DNA of 64,000 nucleotides from Syntrophales bacterium (GCA_963666365.2 CAXXNF010000002.1:64001-128000), one strand, 5' to 3'. Positions 27,701-38,735 are shown, numbered from the stretch's first letter. Numbers and translations: made by a program. Notes: a model not told the origin generated them from the letters alone.

Positions 27701-30700
27701 CTACATAACGGAGGACAGCGGCGCGACCGTTGACGGCGTGAGCGTCACCGTGACGGAGTACCACGCCGACGGCACGACGACGGCCGTGACCGATGGAGCG
27801 CAGGCCGACCTGACGACGGAGGCCGACGGCAGCATCGTACTGGTGGCAACCCTGGGCGACATCACCCTGAATGACGGCGACGGGAACGGCACGGCAGTGA
27901 GTGCGAACGGTACAGGCAACATCCTGCTTCAGGCCCTTGCCGGCGCAATCACGGCGAATGCCGACATCCTTTCCGGGACGGGTCACATCACGATCAAGGC
28001 GGCCCAGGACATCAGCCTGAACGCCGACGTGGACGTGACGACGGCATCGCCGGGGACGGTATCGTTCACCACCGGCGGCGCCCTGAGTATGACAGGAAGC
28101 GCGACCGTCACGGCCGCGGGAAGCGCGGTCCGACTGAGCGCGACGGGTGACCTCACCGTGGGTAACCTCACGGCGACCGACGTATCGCTGATATCGGGCG
28201 GGGCCCTCATCAACGCCGCCGATTCCACAAAGAACGTAACGGCGACGAACCTGCGCATCGAGTCGACGGGTTCGGTCGGTGCGGCAGACAGGCACGTGAC
28301 GACGCACATCGACGTGCTCAGTGCCCAGTCGTCGACGGGCGGCATCTACATAACGGAAGACGACGGCGCGACCGTTGACGGCGTGAGCGTCACCGTGACG
28401 GAGTACCACGCCGACGGGACCACGACGGCCGTGACCGATGCGGTGCAGGCGGACCTGACGACGGAAGCCGACGGCAGCATCGTGCTGGTTGCGACGGCGG
28501 GTGCTCTCACCCTCAATGACGGCGACGGGAACGGCACGGTAGTGAGCGCGAACGGTGCAGGGAACATCCTGCTTCAGGCCCTGGCGGGTGCACTCACGGC
28601 GAACGCCGACATCCTTTCCGGGACGGGCCACATCACGATCAAGGCGGCCCAGGGCATCAGCCTGAACGCCGACGTGGACGTGACGACGGCATCGCCGGGG
28701 ACGGTATCGTTCACCACCGGTGGCGACCTGAGTATGACAGGAAGCGCGACCGTCACGGCCACGGGGAGCGCGGTCCGACTGAGCGCGACGGGTGACCTCA
28801 CCGTGGGTAACCTCACGGCGACCGACGTATCGCTGATATCGGGCGGGGCCCTCATCAACGCGGCCGATTCAGTAACGAACGTGACGGCGGCGCAGCTGCG
28901 CATCGAGTCGACGGGTTCGGTCGGTGCGGCAGACAGGCACGTGACGACGCACATCGACGTGCTCAGTGCCCAGTCGTCGACGGGCGGCATCTACATAACG
29001 GAAGACGACGGCGCGACCGTTGACGGCGTGAGCGTCACCGTGACGGAGTACCACGCCGACGGGACCACGACGGCCGTGACCGATGCGGTGCAGGCGGACC
29101 TGACGACGGAAGCCGACGGCAGCATCGTGCTGGTTGCGACGGCGGGTGCTCTTACCCTCAATGACGGCGACGGAAACGGCACGGCAGTGAGCGCGAACGG
29201 TGCAGGGAACATCCTGCTTCAGGCCCTGGCGGGTGCACTCACGGCGAACGCCGACATCCTTTCCGGGACGGGTCACATCACGATCAAGGCGGCCCAGGAC
29301 ATCAGCCTGAACGCCGACGTGGACGTGACGACGGCATCGCCGGGGACGGCATCACTCACCACCGGTGGCGCCCTGAGTATGACAGGAAGCGCGACCGTCA
29401 CGGCCGCGGGAAGCGCGGTCCGACTGAGCGCGACGGGTGACCTCACCGTGGGTAACCTCACGGCGTCCGATGTATCGCTGATATCGGGCGGGGGCCCTCA
29501 TCAACGCGGCCGATTCGACGAAGAACGTGACGGCGACGCACCTGCGCATCGAGTCGACGGGTTCGGTCGGTGCGGCAGACAGGCACGTGACGACGCACAT
29601 CGACGTGCTCAGTGCCCAGTCGTCGACGGGCGGCATCTACATAACGGAGGACAGCGGCGCGACTGTTGACGGCGTGAGCGTCACCGTGACGGAGTACCAC
29701 GCCGACGGCACGACGACGGCCGTGACCGATGGAGCGCAGGCCGACCTGACGACGGAGGCCGACGGCAGCATCGTACTGGTGGCAACCCTGGGCGACATCA
29801 CCCTGAATGACGGCGACGGGAACGGCACGGCAGTGAGTGCGAACGGTACAGGCAACATCCTGCTTCAGGCCCTGGCTGGCGCACTCACGGCGAATGCCGA
29901 CATCCCTTTCCGGGACGGGTCACATCACGATCAAGACCGCAGCGGACATCACCCTGAACGCCGACGTGGACGCGACAACGGCATCGCCGGGGACCATCTC
30001 GATGCACGCCGCAGGCGCCCTGAGTATGACAGGAAGCGCGACCGTCACGGCCGCGGGAAGCGCGGTCCGACTGAGCGCGACGGGTGACCTCACCGTGGGT
30101 AACCTGACGGCGACCGACGTATCGCTTATATCGGGCGGGGCCCTCATCAACGCCGCCGATTCCACAAAGAACGTGACGGCGACGCACCTGCGCATCGAGT
30201 CGACGGGTTCGGTCGGTGCGGCAGACAGGCACGTGACGACGCACATCGACGTGCTCAGTGCCCAGTCGTCGACGGGCGGCATTTACATAACGGAGGACAG
30301 CGGCGCGACTGTTGACGGCGTGAGCGTCACCGTGACGGAGTACCACGCCGGCGGCACGACGACGGCCGTGACCGATGGAGCGCAGGCCGACCTGACGACG
30401 GAGGCCGACGGCAGCATCGTACTGGTGGCGACCCTGGGCGCTCTCACCCTGAATGACGGCGACGGGAACGGGACGGCAGTGAGTGCAGACGGCGCAGGCA
30501 ACATCCTGCTTCAGGCCCTTGCGGGATCGATCGTTGCCAACGCGGACATCCTTTCCGGGACGGGGCATATCACGGTAGGCGCAGCGACCGATGTAATCGT
30601 CGCATCAGCCGTTGACATTGCAACCGGCGGCGGCGGGACGATCTGTATCAATGCCGAGACAGGGAATGTCACAATGACCGATCAAAGCCGTATTGCAGCA

Positions 30701-33700
30701 ACTTCAGGGGATATACGGGCAGTTGCCAATGAGTCAATCACGCTGGGCGGCATCGTGACAACAGCGGGAGTTTCGCTGATTGCGACGGCGGGATCGATTA
30801 TGGACGGCGGAGACAGTTTCGTCGATGTAACGGCAGAGCAACTTCTGATGTGGGCAGGTATCGGTGTCGGTACAGAGAGTGATTTCATTGAGACGACGGC
30901 AGTGACGCTATCTTCCCGTGCGACGTCGGGAGGAATTTTCATACAGGAAAGCGACGGGTTGATCATTGATGATACGACCGTGACAATTCAGCAGGTGCAG
31001 GCCGATGCCACAGTGACGCCGCGTACCGATGGGCCGCAAAGTGACCTGAGAACCACGGCGGGAAACGGCTCGATCACGGTTGTGGTGGACGGCGATATTA
31101 CGCTGAATGACGGGACGTCGCCGGCGGATGGGACGGCGGTGGCGGCAGACGGCAGCGGTAATGTGCTGATCGAAACATCGGGCGACGCCACTTTGAATGC
31201 CGCGGTGGAGAGCGAGAGCGGAGACGTGGACGTCAATGCCGACGGTGCGGTATTTATGAATGCCGGTATGTACTCAGAAGGCGGTATACTCACCATGTAT
31301 TCCTCCTCGGACATCTTCATTGAAGGGGTGGATACCGAAGGAGGCGATATTAGTATTAGGACCTATGAAAGCGGGTCCGTGTATCTGGGAAGCCTTGAGG
31401 CTTCGGGCGGCCTGGTAACAATACACTCAGCAGCGTTCATAGAGGAACTGGGAGACGACACTGGTATCGATGTCTATGCCGACGGTCTGGTCTGGACGGC
31501 GGTATCCGGGATCGGCACGCTCGGCGCCATTGAGACCTCGGCGATTCTCATGAGTTTCGATACCGCCGGTGGTGCGATTCGTGCAGCCAATGACTGTGAA
31601 GAAGACGCTATACTTGAGAAAGCATCCACGGGCGGCGGCGATCTGGAATTATCCCAGAGGGGAGGCGGGTCCCTGACGGTGGAAGATGCCGCAACATCTG
31701 ATGGTGCAGTGTCCGTCGCGGTTGCAGGACGGCGCACTCACTGCCGTACGGGTGCATGCGGTCGGCGCCGGTATCACGCTTGCCACCACGGGGTCGGGAA
31801 GTGTGTATGTCGGCGATGTAACGGCATCGGGACAGACCGTTTCCATAACATCCGCCGGAGCCATTGAAGAACTCGATGAAGATGTCGATGCCGATGTGAC
31901 GGCGGCGACACTGATCATAGCGGCGCAGAGCGGTATCGGTTCTTCGAATACCATGGAGACCTGCGTCTCGCAGGCTTCACTGGAAACGCTTACCGGCCGT
32001 ATTGATGCGGCGAATGTGTCAGATTCCCCGGTCATCGTACCTGTGATAGCAACCGGTGCCGGTGATATCCTGTTCAGCCAATCAGGCGGCGGCTCGCTCA
32101 CAGTGACCGAGGCTCGCACCGACAGCGGCGCCGTGACGCTCACTGTTGATGACGGAGAACTGAGCGTTGCACACGCCCTGTCTGCCGGCGCTGCAGGGGA
32201 TCTGTATCTGTCTACAGCCGTCTCGGGGAGTGTGGCTGTGGGGAACGCGGATGCCGGTCGCCATGTGTATATCACGACGGAAAACGGCGCCGTCACTGTT
32301 GAGGGGGGTCGTCGAATCCGGTTTCGGAGGGAGCATCCTGCTGAGCGCTGGCGGTGATGCGGGAAGCATAGCGGTGTCGGGCAGCGTGAAATCCACAAGC
32401 GGCCATATCTCAGCGGTCAGCCGGCAGAATCTCACGGTAGAGGGAAGAATCGCCACCGGTGGCGGATCCATCGATGTGGAATCATCGGATGGTTCCGTGC
32501 TGATCAGTAACGGTGCATCACTCTTGAGCAACGGCGGCGCCATAAGGGTCTGGGCTGCGCTGAATGCGGAAGTGACCGCCATCGATGCATCGCTGGGCAA
32601 CGCAAGCATTACCGCCGCCGCCGGTGGCTATCGGGGCTGCGGAAGACGCGGACGGCTACGCCGTGAGAGCGAGTGCTCTGAGACTCAGCGCCGGCCAGGC
32701 CATTGGAGGGACCGATTCATTTTCCGTTAGGATATACCTCGTCGCCGCACAGGCGGGAACAGGGGATGTGACTGTCGATAATCCCGGTTCACTGATGATC
32801 GGAACGGTTGGAGACGGGGAACACCCGGTAACGGTAAGCAGACTCCAGTCTGACGGCGCCGTGGTGTCGCTGTCCGATGGGTCGCTCAGCGGAATCGAAA
32901 CCGGTGGAGGCGCCGTGACGGTGGAAACCGCCGATGGGACGATTACGGTCAGTGAGAATGTGCAGGTAAATGGGACGGGACAGGTAATTCTCCAAGCCAA
33001 CGGAGGCTATGTGGTCCGGGATGCGGCAATCATGACGGGCGGCAATGTGGCGCTTTTGGAGTACGTGAAGGCCACCTTCATATGGAATGCGGTGGCGGAT
33101 GCACTGGCCTATTCGCTTGACATCAAATATAATGGCATTACCTACGATACCCCCTGGGTAGAAGACGGAACCACGTGGAGCAGCTGTGATCTGCCCACCG
33201 GTGACTTTGAGATGACGCTTAAACCCTTTACTTCTCAGGGATTCGGAAGCACAAGCGCGCCGCTGCTGTTTACAATAGGTGAAAGACCAGGTGCGACCGG
33301 TCCGTCGGATGCCGTGGAAACCGATCCGTTGACCTTCGGCTGGGATGCAGTAGATGATGCGCTGATGTATCAAGTGCGGATCGAGCAGGCCGGTGAGATC
33401 ATTGCCTCCCACTGGGTCAGAAATGTAAATGTGTTCACCACCGACTACACCCTTTCCCCGGGTGAGTACCAGTGGACAGTGCGTGCGTGGGCGGTGTCCG
33501 GGTACGGGCTGCGCTCGGCGCCGGCGGCATTTACCGTAACGCCGTCCGAGGAGCCTCTTCCGTTCATTCCTGCCGATGTGGTGATAGTGACACAGCAGCC
33601 CTTTACTCTCTCCTGGGATGCAGTGGAGGGTGCCCTGTGGTATAACCTGCAGCTGAAAAAAGATGGGGCTGAAGTTCTCTCCCAGTGGGTGAACGGAAGC

Positions 33701-33829
33701 AGTAACAGCTGGACTTCCGACTCGCCGCTTTCGTGGGGCAGGTATGAGTGGACGGTTCAGTACTGGACGGATGTATCTTCGGATATGGTTTTGGAAGAAA
33801 AGGTGTTGTATCTTGTGGATTTTTCGTAG
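753..33829 (+). CDS. Giant (~11,020 aa) LEPR-XLL-type repetitive surface protein/adhesin, interrupted by five +1 frameshifts in this sequence
   Basis: N-terminal FQLEGLEQRIMLSADP. The 9638-aa ORF continues through ORFs 29837, 31686, 32167 and 32585 (and 29527 before them), each one frame further on with the repeat sequence continuing. G/A/T/V/D-rich beta-helix-like repeats, 7 FTQAxID cadherin-like (CSPG-type) modules, 3 C-terminal W-x-AV-x-x-A-x-x-Y Fn3-like modules. Confidence 0.88.
5205..8142 (+). repeat. Intragenic tandem array, 684-bp (228-aa) unit, ~4.3 near-identical copies
   Basis: Unit starts (ATTAC[A/G]CAGACTGCCAGC) at 5205, 5889, 6573, 7257, 7941. Confidence 0.97.
26535..30575 (+). 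repeat. Intragenic tandem array, 645-bp (215-aa) unit, ~6.3 copies
   Basis: DGSIVL codons start at 26535, 27180, 27825, 28470, 29115, 29761, 30407; the last two spacings are 646 because of single-base insertions. Confidence 0.96.
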
Positions 33830-33847
33830 GGGAGGAACCCCATAGAG

Positions 33848-35443
33848 ATGTGTAGGGTCATGAGAAACGCGATTGTGACATGCATGGTGATTGCCTTGCC
33901 TGTGCTTATCTACGCGGGGGTCGTCCATGGTCAGACCAGGTTCGTTGCTACCTATGGCGCCGTGAGTACCGGGAATTGCGTCAATACGCACATGGTGGTG
34001 CATCAGACGACCGGAGACATCTCTCTCTGTGGTTATTATTCGGGTTCCAGCGCCTTCGGTGGAAAAGATCTGAATTCCGGAGGGGAGGCATCCCAGGCAT
34101 TCCTCATGAGACTGAACAGCGCCGGAGCGGTCAAGTGGATCAGGGAAATCCAGGGGACGGGCGTGCAGCGCGCCTTCGGCACGGCAGTGGACGGGTCGGG
34201 TAACAGCTATGTGATCGGAGAATCGACGGGTTCCGCCGTGATCCAGGGGGGAGCGAATGATGCGATGGCGCTCGCGCAAGGCGGCACATACATGTTTGTG
34301 GCGAAATACAGCGCCGACGGCGATCTCCTCTGGGCGAGAACGGGTGTGTGCGTCGATGAAAACTCGATAGGGGAGGTATCGGGGAGCGCCGTGACCGTGG
34401 ATACGTCGGGTAATGTGTACGCGACGGGCTGGTTTATGGACTCCGTATCTTTCGGCGAAGAGCCGGAAAAGCAGTACAGCGGCAGTATATTTCCCACCAA
34501 TATTTTTGTAACCAAATACGATGCAACCGGCGAAGTGGAGTGGGTACGGGCGGTAACCGACTCCGACCGGTGCCGCATTCACGGCGTTGCCGCGGCTGGT
34601 GCGGAGTCCGTCACGATAGCCGGAGAATTTTCGGGCACGGCATCTTTTGATGTGAATCATACAATCACTAGTTCAGGGGATAGCGATGTATTTATCGCCA
34701 GATACAGTGCCGCCGGTGCGGTTCAGTGGGCGCGCAAGGCCGGCGGCGCCGGTGCCGACTCCGCATACGGACTCGCCATGGATTCAACGGGTACGACAGT
34801 GGTGTCCGGACGTATCGCTAGGGGCGCCGCTGATTTCGGCGAAGGGGTCGAGGTCGCAGGCTCCGGCGACGGCAGCGGATTTGTCGCCCGCTACGATTCC
34901 CTGGGAACTCCATCCTGGGCGGTGGTGCTCGGTGGCGCAGGTGGAAGTGAAGCCAGGGGGGTATCCCTGGGACAGTCGGGCATCATTGCCGTCACCGGCG
35001 CATTCTCAGGGGAGGTCGTGTTTCCTGGAAAATATCTTGTGAGCCGCGGAGGCACGGATGTGATCGTTGCCTTTTACGAGCCCACGGGCGCCTTTGTTTC
35101 AGCGATATCGGCAGGCGGGGAGAGTGACGATGACAGCGGAAGGGCGGCGGCGTGGCAGGACGCGCTTCTTGTTGTTACAGGTAACCGGGGAACCAATCTT
35201 GAGCCTGAGGGGGGCGTGCTTTTTCTTACTTTTGTAGGCGATGTGTCTCCCGATGGAACAATTCCCGGCGATTATAACCTCGACGGGCATGTCGATTTGA
35301 ACGATGTGATCGGCATGCTTCAAATGATCATTCGCAGCGGCATTGCAGCTGAAGGCGCTATTGCCGGTGATGTGACCGGAGACGGGTATGTGGGTCTTGA
35401 GGATGTTATTGCTGTGCTTCAGAAGGTCGCGCTCCTGCGGTGA
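33848..35443 (+). CDS. Secreted beta-propeller (SBBP-like) repeat protein with C-terminal dockerin-like duplicated EF-hand motif
   Basis: Hydrophobic N-terminus; repeats such as AVDGSGNSYVIG, FVAKYSADGDLLWAR, VTVDTSGNVYATG; C-terminal GDYNLDGHVDLNDVI...GDVTGDGYVGLEDVI. Confidence 0.85.
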   Translation: MCRVMRNAIVTCMVIALPVLIYAGVVHGQTRFVATYGAVSTGNCVNTHMVVHQTTGDISLCGYYSGSSAFGGKDLNSGGEASQAFLMRLNSAGAVKWIREIQGTGVQRAFGTAVDGSGNSYVIGESTGSAVIQGGANDAMALAQGGTYMFVAKYSADGDLLWARTGVCVDENSIGEVSGSAVTVDTSGNVYATGWFMDSVSFGEEPEKQYSGSIFPTNIFVTKYDATGEVEWVRAVTDSDRCRIHGVAAAGAESVTIAGEFSGTASFDVNHTITSSGDSDVFIARYSAAGAVQWARKAGGAGADSAYGLAMDSTGTTVVSGRIARGAADFGEGVEVAGSGDGSGFVARYDSLGTPSWAVVLGGAGGSEARGVSLGQSGIIAVTGAFSGEVVFPGKYLVSRGGTDVIVAFYEPTGAFVSAISAGGESDDDSGRAAAWQDALLVVTGNRGTNLEPEGGVLFLTFVGDVSPDGTIPGDYNLDGHVDLNDVIGMLQMIIRSGIAAEGAIAGDVTGDGYVGLEDVIAVLQKVALLR

Positions 35444-35467
35444 ACGTAAAAAGATAGAATAGGATAC

Positions 35468-37723
35468 GTGAATATGCCCGATCGAAACGTGGGAATTTTT
35501 CTTTTAGCAGGCTTCTGCATCGTACTTGTTACAGTTTTTTGCCACTGCGTGTGTGGAGCAGAGGTTCGCGTTTTTACCGACACCGGGCAGAATCTGGGCG
35601 CCAGCAACAGTGAGGGAATAGCTCTCGCCGACCTCAACGGTGACGGCGCACTTGACGCGTTTGTTGCCAATGCGTCAAACCAGGGGAACCGTGTGTATTT
35701 CGGGGACGGCGCCGGTAATTTTACCGACAGTGGGCAGAACCTTGGTGCCTCTGCGAGCGTGGTGGTCGCGCTCGGGGACCTGAATGGAGACGGTTTTTCG
35801 GATGCAGTTGTGGGCAATAAGACCGGCCAGGCCAACCGCGTGTGGTTCAACAACGGCGCCGGCAATTTTACCAACAGCGGCCAGAGTCTCGGATCCGGAA
35901 ACACCGAAGGCATTGCGCTGGCCGACTTCAACGGAGACGGAAGTCTTGATATTTTTGAGGTGAATAATTTAGGTCTCCAGGGGAACCGGATACGGCTCAA
36001 CGACGGATCGGGAGTATGTGCCGATGCCGGATGGAATCTCGGCTTGTACAGCAGCAGAGATGTTGTTGCGGGCGATCTGAATGGTGACGGTTATCCCGAT
36101 GCGGTGGTGGCTACCCAGACGGACGGCATTCGGGTCTATCTCAATGCGGCCGACGGCAGCGGCCTGCTGGTCGAAAATAGCACCCCCCTTACCGGAAGCA
36201 TCGGTACGAACAGTATGGGAATCGCCCTGGGCGATGTAAACGGCGATGGGTTCTTCGATCTCTATGTGGCCAACTACGCCCAGGGGAACCGTGTGTATTT
36301 CGGTGACGGCGCCGGTAATTTTACCGAAAGCGCACAGAGTCAGGACTATCCTTTGGGAAACAGAAACAGTACCGACGTGACGCTTGTTGATGTCGACGAT
36401 AACGGTACACTCGACGCATTCGTCGCCAACGACGGGCAGGGGAATTGCCTTTGGCTCAATGATGGGAATGGAAATTTTTCCGATAGCGGCCTGAGCATGG
36501 GTGCGGATAAGAGCATGAACATTGCAATGGGTGATTTCAATGATGACCTGTATCCGGACGCCTTTGTCGTCAATACCAGCGGTCAGGCGAACCGGGTGCT
36601 GCTGAACAGTGTCGGCCTGTTTAAGGCCGGTCCCCAGGATCTGATACCTGTCAGCGGCGACAGCAACAGCGTCATGGTGAAACTGGCCGACCTGAACGGA
36701 GACGGTGCGCTGGATGCATTCGTGGTGAATAATCTTCAAGGTGACCTGGTGTGGCTGAATGACGGAACGGGAACATTCATGGACAGCGGTCAGTCACTGG
36801 GCGGCGCCGCGCCTGGCAGCGATGTGGCCTTGGCCGATTTGAACAGAGATCGCCGCATCGATGCCTTCGTCGTAAACAATGGGGCGCCGGACACGGTCTG
36901 GTTCAATGACGGCGCTGGAAATTTTACGGACAGTGGCCAGATTTTGGGTGCGCTTCTGTCCTCGGGTATGGCGGTCGCCCTCGGTGATTTGAATGGCGAC
37001 GGCAGTCCCGATGCCTTCGTGGTGAATGATCTTCAGGACGACCTGGTCTGGTTGAATGACGGAACGGGGATATTCAGCAGCAACGGCCAGGCGCTGGGCG
37101 GTGCGTCGCCAGGCAGAGCCGTAGCGTTGGGCGACCTGAACGGGGATCGCCACATCGATGCCTTTGTCGTCAACGACGGGGCGCCGGACACGGTCTGGTT
37201 CAATGACGGCGCCGGAACGTTCACGGACAGCGGCCAGACCCTGGGCGGGCTTTCGGCGGGCCGGGCCGTGGTTCTCGCGGATTTCAACAACGACGGTTCT
37301 CTCGATGCCTTTGTAACCAATAACGGTGCGAACACCCTGTGGTGGAATGACGGCGCCGGTACGTTCACCGACAGCGGCCTTGCCGTGGGTACGGGAAGCA
37401 GTACCGGTGTGGCAGTGACGGATCTTAACTATGACGGGTACTACGATCTGGTCATCACGAATTCCGGAGCAGGGGAAAACAACGAGGTCTGGCTCAGCAA
37501 CGGCAAGAGCGGCGGATTTACCCTCGCTTCTGAACTGTCATCACGGGGCGCTTCCTCAGTGGCGGTGGGAGATTTGAATGGAGACGGGACCCCCGACCTC
37601 TTCGTGACCAACAACGGCATCCCTTCAGGCAGCGGCGCCCCCGACAAGGCCTATTTCAATTTCCGTCTGCGCCCGCCGAGCGGCGGCAGCGGCGGATGTT
37701 TCATTACGACAATCGCCGAGTGA
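35468..37723 (+). CDS. Secreted FG-GAP/VCBS repeat protein (14 repeats) with C-terminal GGSGGCFI (CFI-box-CTERM-like) tail
   Basis: Signal-peptide-like N-terminus; 14 D(L/F/V)NGDG-type Ca-binding motifs; ends PPSGGSGGCFITTIAE. Confidence 0.9.
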   Translation: MNMPDRNVGIFLLAGFCIVLVTVFCHCVCGAEVRVFTDTGQNLGASNSEGIALADLNGDGALDAFVANASNQGNRVYFGDGAGNFTDSGQNLGASASVVVALGDLNGDGFSDAVVGNKTGQANRVWFNNGAGNFTNSGQSLGSGNTEGIALADFNGDGSLDIFEVNNLGLQGNRIRLNDGSGVCADAGWNLGLYSSRDVVAGDLNGDGYPDAVVATQTDGIRVYLNAADGSGLLVENSTPLTGSIGTNSMGIALGDVNGDGFFDLYVANYAQGNRVYFGDGAGNFTESAQSQDYPLGNRNSTDVTLVDVDDNGTLDAFVANDGQGNCLWLNDGNGNFSDSGLSMGADKSMNIAMGDFNDDLYPDAFVVNTSGQANRVLLNSVGLFKAGPQDLIPVSGDSNSVMVKLADLNGDGALDAFVVNNLQGDLVWLNDGTGTFMDSGQSLGGAAPGSDVALADLNRDRRIDAFVVNNGAPDTVWFNDGAGNFTDSGQILGALLSSGMAVALGDLNGDGSPDAFVVNDLQDDLVWLNDGTGIFSSNGQALGGASPGRAVALGDLNGDRHIDAFVVNDGAPDTVWFNDGAGTFTDSGQTLGGLSAGRAVVLADFNNDGSLDAFVTNNGANTLWWNDGAGTFTDSGLAVGTGSSTGVAVTDLNYDGYYDLVITNSGAGENNEVWLSNGKSGGFTLASELSSRGASSVAVGDLNGDGTPDLFVTNNGIPSGSGAPDKAYFNFRLRPPSGGSGGCFITTIAE

Positions 37724-37855
37724 GGCCCGATCCGGGGGACGGCGCATTCAGGTGACGATCTCAAGCGCCTTCAGAGAATCGACGAATACCGTCGTGTCTG
37801 TGTAAGGATTCTGAAGTAAGTAACCGTACTCTGCAGGGACATCATAACAGTAGTT

Positions 37856-38488
37856 TTGGAAGGGGCACTTGTGAGCGATCAACCTGTCCGTTATGGGGAT
37901 TTCCTCAAAGAGGTCTCCGTCAATTATGTTACCGTAAGTTACAATGACCTTACTTCAAAAGGAGCGCAAAAACGGGGAGAAAAGATTGAACTCAGGCGTA
38001 TCGATGTCTATCGTCTGATTCAGCCGTATGTATCGGTGAGATTTATCGACCAGCTCAAGGCCCTGGCGCCGCTGGCCATCTACCTGGGGATCTTTCAGAT
38101 ATTCATTTTACGGCAGGTGATTCAGGATTCCTATACCATTGTGGCAGGACTTTTTGCCGTGATCGTGGGGCTGATGTTTTTTCTCGAGGGAATCAAACAG
38201 GGCTCGATGCCCTTCGGTGAAGAAATGGGCAACACCTTGCCGAAGAAGGTCACATTGAAGGCAGTGCTGACGGTCGTCTTTTTACTGGGCCTAGGGGTAA
38301 CGTTTGCGGAGCCGGCCATAGGAGCGCTTAAAACCGCCGGCTCCTTAGTGGAATTAGAGCAGGCGCCCTATCGCTACATCCTGCTGACCGATTATGCCGA
38401 TATGCTGGTACTTGCAGTGGGCGCAGGTGTCGGTATTGCCGCAATGCTTGGTACAATGGGTTTTCCATTTATGCAAAGCTTTGCATAA
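37856..38488 (+). pseudogene. Truncated DUF1538-family membrane protein
   Basis: GLMFFLEGIKQGSMPFGEEMG and LGVTFAEPA motifs; ends abruptly in a palindrome-derived MGFPFMQSFA. Confidence 0.7.
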
Positions 38489-38502
38489 GGGGAAAACCCA
38501 TT
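38455..38502. repeat. 48-bp near-perfect palindrome (no loop) at a rearrangement junction
   Basis: AATGGGTTTTCCATTTATGCAAAG|CTTTGCATAAGGGGAAAACCCATT; 22 of 24 positions are Watson-Crick pairs. Confidence 0.95.
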
Positions 38503-38621
38503 TGGCCATCGCCCTTGGCATTGAGGCGGCAAAAGCGCGAAAGAGAGTCCTCTTTCACACGGCGGAAAGTCTTACGAACGAATTGGTGGCAGCAGAAGTG
38601 ACGAATCGCCTGCCTGTTCTT
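38490..38621 (+). mobile_element. istB: Internal fragment of IS21-family helper ATPase (IstB-like)
   Basis: GKTHLAIALGIEAAKARKRVLFHTAESLTNEL is the Walker A end and following helix of IstB/DnaC-like ATPases; no istA or IS ends seen. Confidence 0.7.
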
Positions 38622-38735
38622 CTGGATACGCCCGGCATGGGATTTGTGTATGTGAAAAAGCTCGAGAAGGCGGCCACCTATATCCCGAAAGAAGTACTTG
38701 AAAAAATCAGGAAAAAACGGGGGGTGCATGTATAA
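38622..38735 (+). pseudogene. C-terminal remnant of a P-II-like protein
   Basis: LDTPGMGFVYVKKLEKA parallels LNEPHHGIIYQERLESA in the adjacent P-II-like gene. Confidence 0.55.

Noticed and set aside
5205..30575. Tandem arrays as CRISPR or as diversity-generating retroelement TR/VR
   Set aside because: Units are 645-684 bp, in frame, without unique spacers; differences are not adenine-specific; no cas or reverse transcriptase gene in the window.
782..33000. Numerous minus-strand and alternate-frame ORFs within the giant gene
   Set aside because: Shadow ORFs from GC-rich codon bias; they repeat with the tandem arrays and lack motifs.
753..33829. Giant protein as RTX toxin, CdiA or NRPS/PKS
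   Set aside because: No GGxGxDxL nonapeptides, no TPS secretion domain or VENN motif, no toxin/immunity pair and no adenylation or ketosynthase motifs seen.
35681..37230. DNA-level direct repeats (35681-35727 vs 36281-36327; ~36714-36930 vs ~37011-37230)
   Set aside because: Explained by recent duplication of FG-GAP blades within the CDS.
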